Origin: Candidatus Sericytochromatia bacterium
GTDB lineage: Bacteria; Cyanobacteriota; Sericytochromatia; S15B-MN24; UBA4093
Assembly: GCA_036676495.1 (NCBI GenBank)
Contig: JAKFCT010000014.1
Span: 1-64,000 of the forward strand
DNA length: 64,000 bases
Direction of reading: 5' to 3'
Below the pieces are notes generated by a model that saw nothing but the letters and a program-made list of their open reading frames with translations, searched no databases and was not told the origin of the DNA. Shown here one piece after another: positions 47,853 through 56,831 of the stretch. The first letter of the stretch is position 1, and each line of letters opens with the position of its first letter. A program made the translations under genes and the position numbers.

Positions 47853-48717
47853 CCTCGAACCTCGGGCGATAGCTCCAGCATTGCTTGAGCAAGTCCAGGT
47901 GGAAGCGGGCGCTCTTGGAGGCCTCCTGGCGTTCTTCCCGGCGGAAGGCTCGCAGCGTGTCGCCCGTGAGTTCGATCAGGGAATGGAGGTTGGCGTAGAG
48001 CCTTCCTGGGATGCCGTGATGCTTGGTGAAGTAGTGGTGGCGGCCGATATGCAGGGCTTCTTTCGCGCGTCGCGGCAGCGAGTCCCGGGTGGCCCCGCCG
48101 TAGTGAATGACTTCCGCGCGGGGAGTGAAGGCGACTTTCCAGCCCTTCCGGCGGGCGCGCGTGCCCCAGTCGCAGTCCTCACCCGTGTAGAAGAAGGCTT
48201 CGTCCAGCAAGCCGATCTCGTCGAGGGCTTGTTTACGGATGATCATGCAGGCGCCGGAGACCCAGCGCGCGGCACAGGCGGTCTCCGGCGAGCTGAAGGC
48301 ATAGGGGAAGCGGTCGGGAGCGCAAGAGGGCTGGGGCGTGCCATCGGCGTTCAAGAGCTTGGCGCCCAGTAAGCCCAGACGCGGATCGCAGTCGAGCGCG
48401 TCCATCATGGCCGCGAGGGCTCCCGGCAGCATCTTGGTGTCGGTATTGAGCAGCATGTAGAAATCGGCCTGCGCGGCGCGTAGCGCCTGATTATTGGCCG
48501 CGGCATAGCCCAGGTTCTCGGCGTTGGCGATCACCCGAACCTCCGGGAAGCGGGCTTCGAGCATGGCGACCGAGCCGTCGTGAGAGCCGTTGTCCACCAC
48601 CCACGCTTCCCAAGAGACATCCGCCTGCTGTGCGGCAAGGGCCTCGAGGGCCTGGGCCAGCAAGTCACGAGTGTTCAGGTTGACCAGGATCACGGCGAGT
48701 TTCAATCGAGCCTCCAC
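47842..48717 (-). CDS. Glycosyltransferase family 2 (rhamnosyltransferase-like)
   Basis: VVDNGSHDGS, NLGYAAANN, LLNTD, GLLDEAFF..GEDCDW. Confidence 0.92.
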   Translation of the reverse strand: MEARLKLAVILVNLNTRDLLAQALEALAAQQADVSWEAWVVDNGSHDGSVAMLEARFPEVRVIANAENLGYAAANNQALRAAQADFYMLLNTDTKMLPGALAAMMDALDCDPRLGLLGAKLLNADGTPQPSCAPDRFPYAFSSPETACAARWVSGACMIIRKQALDEIGLLDEAFFYTGEDCDWGTRARRKGWKVAFTPRAEVIHYGGATRDSLPRRAKEALHIGRHHYFTKHHGIPGRLYANLHSLIELTGDTLRAFRREERQEASKSARFHLDLLKQCWSYRPRFEDGR

Positions 48718-50429
48718 TGCTCATAAAGCGAGCGATAGGAACCGGCTCCTTGCAGGAGCTCGTCGGGGGCACCCACCTCGACGGCGCGGCCCGCGTCGAT
48801 GACGACCACGCGGTCGGCCCGGGTCGCGCTCTTGAGGCGATGGGTGATGAGGATGGTGGTGCGCCCCTTCATCAGGCGCTCCAGGGCTTCCTGGACGACG
48901 GTCTCGGACTCGGCATCGAGTGCGCTGGTGGCCTCGTCCAGGAGCAAGATGCGCGGGTCCTTGAGGATCGCTCGCGCGATGGCGATCCGCTGGCGCTGGC
49001 CGCCGGACAAGGTCGAGCCGCGCTCGCCGACCAGCGACTGATAGCCGTCGGGCAACTGGCTGATGAAGCTATGGGCATTGGCCTGGATCGCGGCGTCGAC
49101 GACCTCGTCGTCGGTGGCGTCGAGCCGGCCGTAGCGGATGTTGTCCATCAGGGTGCCGGCGAAGAGGGGCGTCTCCTGGGGCACGTAGGCAATCTGCTCG
49201 CGGACCCAGGCGACGGGTAGATCCCGGAGGTCCATGCCGTCGAGCGACACGTGTCCGGCGCTCGGGTCGTAGAAGCGCAAGAGCAGCTTGGCGAGCGTGC
49301 TCTTTCCGGATCCGGAGGCGCCGACGACGGCCAGGGCTTCACCGGGACGAACCAGGAGGTCGAGGCCCTTCAGGCCCGTCTGGCCGTTGGGATAGGTGAA
49401 CTGTACTCCCTCGAAGCGGACGGCCCCCTCCACGGTTTCCAGGGGACGCGCATGCGGGCGGTCGACGATGGTGGGAGCCTCGTCGATGACGGCGAAGACG
49501 CGCTCGGCGGCTCCGATGGCGCGCTGAATCCGCCCCACCCCGTTGGAGAGGGCCTGGACCGGCTCGATGCAGATGCCGACCGCCGCCGCGAAGGCCATCA
49601 GGTCCGGCATGGCGAGGCGGCCTTGCAGCATTTCCCAGCCTCCGACCCAGAGCACTCCCGCCAGCGCGACGACCTGCAAGAGCGCGATGGTCGGAAGCTG
49701 CAAGGCCCAGACCTGCTCTCCGCGGAAGGTGGCCAGGAAGTGGGAGTCGTTGACCTCCTCGAAGCGGCGGCGCTCGAAGTCCTCCCGGTTGAAGCTCTTG
49801 ATGGTGGCCGATGCGGCCAGGCTTTCGTTGAGGTACGCCAGGATATCCGCGGATTTCCCCTGCGCCTGCAGGGACCAGAGGCGCAGGCGCGACGCGAAGA
49901 GGCTGATGGCCCAGCCGACGATCGGCATGCCGACGACGGTCAGGAGCGCGAGCCTCCAGTTCAAGGTGAAGAGGTAGCCCAGGGCGGCGATCAGGATCAG
50001 GGTGCTGGGAATGAGCTCGGCGGCACCTTGCGCCAGCGCGTCGCGGACGGCGTTGACGTCGGTGACCAGGCGCGAGGCGGTATCCCCGGACTTGTGCCGG
50101 TCGTGGAAGTCGAGGGACTGCGTTTGCAGGTGGTTGAAGAGGGTGGCGCGGAGATCCGCCACGGCGCGAATCGAGACGTAGCCCATCATCAGCGTCGTCA
50201 GCCAGGTGAAGACGCCCTTGAGGGTGTAGCCGGCGACCGCTGCCAGGATCAGGCGGTTCAAGCCCTCCAGGGTCAACTGCCCGAAGACCTCGCCGGCGTA
50301 GCGCGCGACCGGGATCATCACCATGGCGGCGGACGCGTTGGCCAGGAGCAGGATGGTCAGGCCGACGATGTGAAGCGTGTAAGGGCGTAGGAACGGCAGG
50401 AGCCGGCGCCAGGTATGGAAGGAGCCCAT
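48702..50429 (-). CDS. MsbA-like ABC exporter (TMD + NBD)
   Basis: GASGSGKST, LSGGQRQR, LDEATSALD; six-TM N-terminal half; lies in the LPS cluster. Confidence 0.9.
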   Translation of the reverse strand: MGSFHTWRRLLPFLRPYTLHIVGLTILLLANASAAMVMIPVARYAGEVFGQLTLEGLNRLILAAVAGYTLKGVFTWLTTLMMGYVSIRAVADLRATLFNHLQTQSLDFHDRHKSGDTASRLVTDVNAVRDALAQGAAELIPSTLILIAALGYLFTLNWRLALLTVVGMPIVGWAISLFASRLRLWSLQAQGKSADILAYLNESLAASATIKSFNREDFERRRFEEVNDSHFLATFRGEQVWALQLPTIALLQVVALAGVLWVGGWEMLQGRLAMPDLMAFAAAVGICIEPVQALSNGVGRIQRAIGAAERVFAVIDEAPTIVDRPHARPLETVEGAVRFEGVQFTYPNGQTGLKGLDLLVRPGEALAVVGASGSGKSTLAKLLLRFYDPSAGHVSLDGMDLRDLPVAWVREQIAYVPQETPLFAGTLMDNIRYGRLDATDDEVVDAAIQANAHSFISQLPDGYQSLVGERGSTLSGGQRQRIAIARAILKDPRILLLDEATSALDAESETVVQEALERLMKGRTTILITHRLKSATRADRVVVIDAGRAVEVGAPDELLQGAGSYRSLYEQWRLD

Positions 50430-51283
50430 CAGCGCGCTCCCCGGGTCGTGACGCGCGAGAGCCAGCGCTCCCACCAGGTGGTTTCCGGTTCGGCTAGCGC
50501 GTCCTGGCCTTCGAACGGCAGGTAGATGGGGCCCCCCTTGCGATCCTTGGCGACCGCGCGGGCATTCTGCTTGACCGAGCGACGGGCTTCCTCCTGGGTC
50601 ACGCTCGACTGGAAGCCGCGGGGGATGACGAGCTCGGGGAACGGCCCGTCCTGCGGGCGATAATCGAGTGCCAAAAGATACTCCTCGGCGTCCAGGAGGC
50701 TCAGGTTGCGGCCGAAGCCGGCATGGAGCCCCGCGCGGTAGCAACGGGTCGTGTAGGTTTCATGTTCGAAGCCGTAGAGGCCGTAGCGCTCGTTGAACGC
50801 TCCGACGGTCTCGACGACCTGCGCGGTGAGGACCATGAAGACGCCGCCCGGGGGCTCGAACTCCCCGATGGTGAAGCCGTCGACGACGGACTTCTTCTTG
50901 AGGCGGTGGCGTCGGGAATCGTTGAAGTTGAAGTGCTGGATGCCGGTGGCGGCGATCGCCTCGGCGTAGAGCGTCGCCCAGCCGCTCTTGACCGGGTAGC
51001 AATCGTCATCGAAAAGGAAGATCACCTCGCAGCCGGCCAGGGCCGAGAGGCAGCGGTTCTTGGCCTTGGCGATGCCAAGGCGCTCCGGGCTGTTGAGGAC
51101 CATGAGCGCGGGATCCGCGGCCTGCGCCTCGGCCAGGACGCGTTCGGTCTCGTCGTCGCTCGCGTCGTTGACGACCATGAGGCGATAGGGCTCCGGAGTA
51201 TGGGCGCGAAGTTGCCGGAGGGTATTCGCGAGGACCGGCGCCCGATTGCGGGTCGTGACGCCGATGCCGAAGCGGGGGGTCAT
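50429..51283 (-). CDS. Glycosyltransferase family 2
   Basis: TTRNR, VVNDASDD, GIAKAKN, FLFDDD. Confidence 0.85.
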   Translation of the reverse strand: MTPRFGIGVTTRNRAPVLANTLRQLRAHTPEPYRLMVVNDASDDETERVLAEAQAADPALMVLNSPERLGIAKAKNRCLSALAGCEVIFLFDDDCYPVKSGWATLYAEAIAATGIQHFNFNDSRRHRLKKKSVVDGFTIGEFEPPGGVFMVLTAQVVETVGAFNERYGLYGFEHETYTTRCYRAGLHAGFGRNLSLLDAEEYLLALDYRPQDGPFPELVIPRGFQSSVTQEEARRSVKQNARAVAKDRKGGPIYLPFEGQDALAEPETTWWERWLSRVTTRGAR

Positions 51284-52632
51284 GAACGGGGGTCTCCTTC
51301 GGGCATGCGGGTTTCGGCCGTTGCCGGGGGCATGCCGAGTGCGGCGGCCAGCTGAGCCACCACGGCTTCGGCGGCTCCAGCCGGGCCCATGACCTGGCTG
51401 ATGGCCAGCTTGATCTCGCGCCGGCGCGGCGGGCTGGAGAGCAGGTCGAGGGCGGTGCGGGAAACCTCTTCGGGAGGGAAGACGCCCTTGAGCTCGGGAG
51501 TCAGCATGCGTCCCGCGCGAACGTTGGGAAGCGCGGTCAGGGAGGTCCGGCGGGCCACGGCCTGGACCAGCTGGCGCTTGAGCCACTTTCCGACGAGGGG
51601 GAGGTTTCCGACCTGACCGGGCAAGCCGTCCAGCGGAATCTCCTCGGGCTTGTTGAGCGGCAGGAGCACGAGCATCGGGACGCCCAGGATGGCGAGCTCG
51701 GCGGTGTTGGTGCCGGGGACGGTCATCGCGAGGTCGGCGATCGCCATGCCCGCCAGGTGATGCTCGGGGGCGAGCACCCGAATCTGCGCTCCCTGCGGGG
51801 TCACCAGCACGGCGCGGTCGTCGTTGGTGATCAGACGGGCGGTCGTCCCCCCGGTGACCGAGGCGTAGCGCTCGTTGGAGGCCGCCTCGGCAATCTGGGA
51901 GAGCGGCGTCCACGGGCTTTGGTGCATGACGAACTGCAGCCCGGGGTTCGCCTGGTGCATGAGCTCGGCGACTCGCAGCAGCAGCGGGGTGATGAACTTG
52001 ACCTTGAAGGGCTTGCTGCCGGGCAAGAGGCCGATGATCATCTCTTCGGAGTTGAGCCCCAGCGCCCGGCGGGTCTGATGGGGGTCGAGATCGCGGCGCA
52101 CGGCATCCACCATGAGGTTGCCGACCATGGCCACCTTGGAGGCGGGCAAGCGCATCTTCTGGAGGCGCGCGGAGACGTCGGCATCGCTGGTCAGGAAGCG
52201 GGTGACGAAGGGCGCCCAGCGGCCGGTGGTTTCGGTGTAAACGAAGAGCGGCTGGCGCAGGCGGCGGGAGAGCATGACCCCGAAAGCCTGGTCTCCGCCC
52301 ATGAAGAGGACCGCCCCCGGCCCCCGTTCGGGCAAGGGCCCCCGAAAGATCCGTCGGATCGTCTCGTCCGGGCGCCAGACTTCAATAAGCCCGTCACTCA
52401 GGCCGTCAGGCCGTTCAAGGAGGCTTTCCGGCGCCGCAGGCGCGATGTCTGCGCCCCAGCCGGCGATGGTCTCGGCTTCCTGACCGCTCGCATAGGGGCA
52501 AGGCACCAGGGCGATCCGCAGCTTCACGCCCGGCAGCGCCGTGCGGAGCACGCGGACGACCGGTCGCACCCAGGTGGCGAGCTCGCCGGGGCCGTTGGAG
52601 ATGATGGTGATGGTTGCCTGCATGGATGTCAC
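51280..52632 (-). CDS. Lipid-A-disaccharide synthase (LpxB)-related glycosyltransferase
   Basis: SNGPGEL..WVRP, VGNLMVD, LLPGSK, PGTNTAELA; start 52632 or 52623. Confidence 0.78.
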   Translation of the reverse strand: MTSMQATITIISNGPGELATWVRPVVRVLRTALPGVKLRIALVPCPYASGQEAETIAGWGADIAPAAPESLLERPDGLSDGLIEVWRPDETIRRIFRGPLPERGPGAVLFMGGDQAFGVMLSRRLRQPLFVYTETTGRWAPFVTRFLTSDADVSARLQKMRLPASKVAMVGNLMVDAVRRDLDPHQTRRALGLNSEEMIIGLLPGSKPFKVKFITPLLLRVAELMHQANPGLQFVMHQSPWTPLSQIAEAASNERYASVTGGTTARLITNDDRAVLVTPQGAQIRVLAPEHHLAGMAIADLAMTVPGTNTAELAILGVPMLVLLPLNKPEEIPLDGLPGQVGNLPLVGKWLKRQLVQAVARRTSLTALPNVRAGRMLTPELKGVFPPEEVSRTALDLLSSPPRRREIKLAISQVMGPAGAAEAVVAQLAAALGMPPATAETRMPEGDPRS

Positions 52633-52773
52633 CGGCGGCCTCGGCGGCCAAGCGTTGCGTCCCCCCCATTCTAGCCCGTGCGGGAAGGCACGTAAAGGCC
52701 GAGAGGCCCGCCCCAGGGGGCAAGGCCTCTCGAAACGGCTCGTCGAACCCGGTGGGTTCGGCGGGGATGCGGC

Positions 52774-53328
52774 TTAGACGCGGTCCATCTCGCGGCCCAA
52801 GAGGGCCAGGTGAGACTGGTTGACGATGCACTCCGTGTAGCAATCGCAGCCGCAGCGCTGGCAAAGGGTCGCGATCAGGTCGCGATCCCCCATGAACGCG
52901 GCCGTGACGAAGCTCCTCAGCCCGCGGTGCATGGCCTTGGTATCGTCCGGGCTCATCTTGGCCAGGATGCCGTCCAGCCGCTCGCGCCGCTCGGAGCGCA
53001 CCCGCTCGAGCAGCGCGAGGCCGGTCTCGGTGACCGTGAGTTCCGATTGCCGGCGGTCCTTCGCATTCTCCTGGCGGGTGACGAGATCCTTGGCCACCAG
53101 GCGGTCGACCGCCTTGGTCGCCGCCGGGTAACTGATGCCCAGGCCATCCGCCAGGTCCCCCACGTAGTTGGGGTTATGCCTCGCCAGGAAGAGCAGGGCC
53201 TGGACCTGGGCCGGGGTAATGTCCAGGTCCTCCAGCTCTTTGAGCGGCTCGTTGATCAAGACCTTCCCGAAGAGATCCACGAACAACTCGAACAGGGTCT
53301 CCGTATCACGCAGGAGCAGGTCTTTCAT
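52774..53328 (-). CDS. MarR family transcriptional regulator with Cys-rich C-terminal tail
   Basis: LADGLGISYPAATKAVDRLV, DRRQ..L.VTETG; tail CQRCGCDCYTEC. Confidence 0.9.
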   Translation of the reverse strand: MKDLLLRDTETLFELFVDLFGKVLINEPLKELEDLDITPAQVQALLFLARHNPNYVGDLADGLGISYPAATKAVDRLVAKDLVTRQENAKDRRQSELTVTETGLALLERVRSERRERLDGILAKMSPDDTKAMHRGLRSFVTAAFMGDRDLIATLCQRCGCDCYTECIVNQSHLALLGREMDRV

Positions 53329-53331
53329 GGG

Positions 53332-54399
53332 TTACCTCAGGACCGGAAGCTCGATCCGCGTCACCGAGTTGACGGAGACCTTGGCCGCCATGGCCTGGGC
53401 AATCCGCCGGAACGCGCCCGCCTGAGGCGATTGCGGCTCGGCCACGAAGACCGGTTCGCCCTTGTCGCCGCCGGTCCGGATCTTGGGATCCAGCGGGATC
53501 TCGCCGAGGAAGGGCACCTGGGCATAGGTGCTGGTCTTCTCGCCGCCGCCATGGTCGAAGATGGCCGTGGACTCGTTGCAATGGGGGCAGACGAAGGTGC
53601 TCATGTTCTCGATCAGGCCGAGAATGGGAACGTTGACCTGCTTGAACATGTTGAGGGTCTTCATGCCGATCTGCGCCGCGACCGGCTGGGGGGTGATCAC
53701 GATGACCGCGCCGGAGAGCGGAAGGATCTGGGTCAGGCTCAGGGGTACGTCACCGGTGCCCGGGGGCAGGTCGACCAGCAGGTAGTCGATCTCTCCCCAC
53801 TCGACATCCCGGACGAACTGCTGGAGCACGCCGGTCAGCATGGGGCCGCGCCAGATGACGGGATCGTCGTTGTTGGGCAGCATGAAGCCGATCGACATCA
53901 TCTTCACGCCATGGCGCTCGACCGGGATGATCCGGCCGTCGCGGGTGCCGGGGCGGCTGGTGGCTCCCATCATCAGGGGGATGGACGGGCCGTAGATGTC
54001 GGCGTCCAGGAGGCCCACCTTGGCTCCCGACTCCGCGAGGGCGAGGGCCAGGTTGACGGCGACGGTCGACTTGCCGACGCCGCCCTTGCCGGAACCCACC
54101 GCGATCACGTGCTTGATGCCGGCCGGACGATTCCCGTTGAGGGGCGCGCCGGTAGGGACGTTGGCCCCGAACGCGACGGTGACCTCGGTGACGCCGGGGA
54201 TCTGCTTGACCGCAGCCGTCGCCTCGTTGCGGATCTGGTCCTTGAGGGGACAGGCAGGGGTGGTCAGGACGACCTTGAAGGACACATGGCCCCCGTCGAC
54301 CTTCACGTCCTCGATCATGCCGAGCGTGACGAGATCCTTGCGGATCTCGGGGTCGTTGACGGTCGATAGCGCCTTCATGACTTGTTCGTTGGTGGGCAT
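53332..54399 (-). CDS. mrp: Mrp/ApbC (NBP35 family) Fe-S cluster carrier ATPase with N-terminal DUF59
   Basis: DPEI..D, LTTPACP, GKGGVGKST, DADIYGPS, DLPPGTGD, ENMS.FVCPHC. Confidence 0.95.
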   Translation of the reverse strand: MPTNEQVMKALSTVNDPEIRKDLVTLGMIEDVKVDGGHVSFKVVLTTPACPLKDQIRNEATAAVKQIPGVTEVTVAFGANVPTGAPLNGNRPAGIKHVIAVGSGKGGVGKSTVAVNLALALAESGAKVGLLDADIYGPSIPLMMGATSRPGTRDGRIIPVERHGVKMMSIGFMLPNNDDPVIWRGPMLTGVLQQFVRDVEWGEIDYLLVDLPPGTGDVPLSLTQILPLSGAVIVITPQPVAAQIGMKTLNMFKQVNVPILGLIENMSTFVCPHCNESTAIFDHGGGEKTSTYAQVPFLGEIPLDPKIRTGGDKGEPVFVAEPQSPQAGAFRRIAQAMAAKVSVNSVTRIELPVLR

Positions 54400-54450
54400 T
54401 CCAATCTCCTCGATACGGGAAGGGTCTCCCGGACCCCTCGACTCCCTTGA

Positions 54451-54479
54451 ATCTTAACGCGGTTAACCAAAAACGACAA
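54451..54479 (-). promoter_or_regulatory. Sigma70-type promoter of mrp-marR with embedded palindrome
   Basis: Minus strand TTGTCG-N17-TAAGAT; TTAAC-GCG-GTTAA at 54454-54466 overlaps the -10 and spacer. Confidence 0.7.
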
Positions 54480-54492
54480 GCATCCGAATCGT

Positions 54493-54526
54493 GAAAGGCC
54501 CCGCTCACCCGGGAGCGGGGCCTTTC
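54493..54526 (-). terminator. Intrinsic terminator of the antiporter gene
   Basis: GAAAGGCCCCGCTC-N6-GAGCGGGGCCTTTC. Confidence 0.8.
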
Positions 54527-54548
54527 GCAATGCCTCGCGACGGCGGAT

Positions 54549-56306
54549 TTACATCTCGGTGAGCGGCTTCAAGGAAGGAGGCCGTACGATCCCGGGATCG
54601 CGCGCGCCTTCGTGCTCATGATAGCCGGAAGGGAAGTAGAGCCGCATCGCCCGGGCGATCTCGCGCTCCCCCATGATGATCGTGTCGGCGCCCATCGATT
54701 GCAGATACGCCACCTCGCCGTCCGTATGAGCCCGCGAGACGATCACCAGGTCGGGATTGCGCAGCACCGTCTGCTCGATCAGATGTCCCGCATCGATGGC
54801 GTTCGGGATGGCCACGAACATGCGCGTCGCCGCGGTCACGTTGGCGGCCTCGATCAGTTCCGCGGGAGAGGCGGGCCCCATGAGCACTTCGATTCCGAGC
54901 GTGCGAAGCCGCTCGGCAATCTCCGGATTCTCCTCGATGACGAGGAATGGAACCTTCTCGGCCCGCAACGCCTCACCCAAGAGGGATCCCACGCGCCCAT
55001 AGCCGATCAGGATGACGTGATCGCGCAGGGAGGTCTTCCGCAGCCGCACGGGCACGGTCTCTGCCGCGGCCTCCCCGGCGCCGGCCTCGGAGGCCTCACG
55101 CAGTTCGAGCCAGGGACGCAAACGGTCCACCAGCGCGAAGACCATGGGGTTCAGCATGATCGAGAAGATGGCGCCCGCCAGGATCAAGTCCCGGGCCTGC
55201 ACCGGCAAGAGGTTGAGGCTGACTCCCAGGGTCGCGATGATGAAGGCGAATTCGCCAATCTGCGCCAAGCTCGCAGAGATCGTCAACGCCTTGCTCATCT
55301 TGTGGCCGAACGCGCGCACGATGAGCATCGCCGCCGCGGATTTTCCCACCATGATGATCCCGATGGTCGCGACCAGGGGCCAGAAGTCCCGGACGACGAT
55401 GGTCGGGTCGAGCATCATGCCGACCGAGACGAAGAAGAGGACGGCAAAGGCATCACGCAGGGGCAGGATCTCGGTGGCGGCCTGGTGGCTGAGCTCGGAT
55501 TCGCTCAGGATCATGCCGGCGAAGAACGCGCCCAGCGCGAAGGAGACCCCGAAGAGCTCCGCCGAGCCGAAGGCGACTCCCAGGGCGATGGCAAGAACGG
55601 CAAGCCGGAAGAGCTCCCGCGAGCCCGTCAGAGCGACACGATGGAGCAGCCAGGGGATGAAGCGGCGCCCCACGATCAGCATGACCGCGACGAAGGCCGT
55701 CACCTTCGCCAGGGTCAGGCCGATGCTCGCCAGAATGGCCTGCAGCCCCCCCGAGCCTCCCGCGGCCGTCGAATCCGTGCCGAGGATGCTGGCGAGCGCC
55801 GGGAGCAGGACGAGCGCCAGGACACAGGCGAGATCCTCGACGATGAGCCAGCCGATGGCGATGTGCCCCTGGCGCGTTTCGAGGAGATGGCGGTCCTGGA
55901 GGGCACGCAATAGGACCACGGTGCTCGCCGTGGCCAACGCAAAGCCGAAGACGAAGCCCGTCACGGACGACCAGCCCATGGCGAGCGCGAGCCCCCAGCC
56001 CATGAGGGTCGCCATGGCGATCTGTACGAGGGCCCCCGGAACGGCGATGGCCTTCACGGCCATGAGATCCTTCACCGAGAAATGCAGGCCCACCCCGAAC
56101 ATCAGGAGGATGACGCCGATCTCCGCGAGCTGGGGAGCCAGTTCGAGATCTCCCACGAACCCGGGCGTGAAGGGCCCGACCAGCACACCGGCCAGCAAAT
56201 AACCGACCAGAGGAGAGAGGCGCAGGCGCTGGGCCACCATCCCGAACAGAAACGCCAGGACCAGGCCCCCGACGATCAGGGCAATAAGTGAGGTATGATG
56301 GGGCAT
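54549..56306 (-). CDS. ybaL: YbaL/RosB-like cation:proton antiporter (CPA2) with TrkA-N domain
   Basis: PLVGYLLAG, LAEIGVILLMFGVGL, AQIGEFAF, IGYGRVG. Confidence 0.9.
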   Translation of the reverse strand: MPHHTSLIALIVGGLVLAFLFGMVAQRLRLSPLVGYLLAGVLVGPFTPGFVGDLELAPQLAEIGVILLMFGVGLHFSVKDLMAVKAIAVPGALVQIAMATLMGWGLALAMGWSSVTGFVFGFALATASTVVLLRALQDRHLLETRQGHIAIGWLIVEDLACVLALVLLPALASILGTDSTAAGGSGGLQAILASIGLTLAKVTAFVAVMLIVGRRFIPWLLHRVALTGSRELFRLAVLAIALGVAFGSAELFGVSFALGAFFAGMILSESELSHQAATEILPLRDAFAVLFFVSVGMMLDPTIVVRDFWPLVATIGIIMVGKSAAAMLIVRAFGHKMSKALTISASLAQIGEFAFIIATLGVSLNLLPVQARDLILAGAIFSIMLNPMVFALVDRLRPWLELREASEAGAGEAAAETVPVRLRKTSLRDHVILIGYGRVGSLLGEALRAEKVPFLVIEENPEIAERLRTLGIEVLMGPASPAELIEAANVTAATRMFVAIPNAIDAGHLIEQTVLRNPDLVIVSRAHTDGEVAYLQSMGADTIIMGEREIARAMRLYFPSGYHEHEGARDPGIVRPPSLKPLTEM

Positions 56307-56413
56307 CGTCGGCTCAGACCTCCAGTTCTGGGACGCGGGTAGGGTTGATTTTTTTGGGCTTTTTTGATTATATCACCCATTTTGGTTGATATTGGCCTTT
56401 TAGGAAAGAATCC

Positions 56414-56713
56414 ATGACGAGAAAAATTACCGCTCTGACGCCGATGCAGTGTCGGGCGGCGCGCGCGCTGCTGGACTGGACCCAGCAGGAACTCGCGGAT
56501 ATCGCCCAGGTCTCGCGCGCGACGGTTCGCGATTTTGAGCAGGGCAAGCATGACGCGCACCGGAGCACGGAGTGCATGATCCGAGAAGCCCTCCTCGAGG
56601 CCGGCATCACGTTGGCCACGGATCCCCTCCTCGGTGAAGGAGTCTTCCTGCGCCGGAACGGCAGCGGATCGACGGTCGTCCCGGAGTCCCTTGGCCAGGA
56701 TTCGCCTGACTAG
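56414..56713 (+). CDS. XRE/Cro-like helix-turn-helix regulator
   Basis: TPMQCRAARALLDWTQQELA..A.VSRATVRDFE. Confidence 0.88.
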   Translation: MTRKITALTPMQCRAARALLDWTQQELADIAQVSRATVRDFEQGKHDAHRSTECMIREALLEAGITLATDPLLGEGVFLRRNGSGSTVVPESLGQDSPD

Positions 56714-56769
56714 CGCGACGTGGTGAGCCTGCCCGACGCTGCGGGCACATCCCTCCCCGCGCCCATGAA

Positions 56770-56817
56770 CAAACGCGAGGCGCCCTTCCTGTTGCCAGGA
56801 AGGGCGCCTCGCGTTTG
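56770..56817. terminator. Bidirectional intrinsic terminator
   Basis: 22-bp inverted repeat CAAACGCGAGGCGCCCTTCCTG / CAGGAAGGGCGCCTCGCGTTTG. Confidence 0.85.
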
Positions 56818-56831
56818 AATTGGCGCGATGC

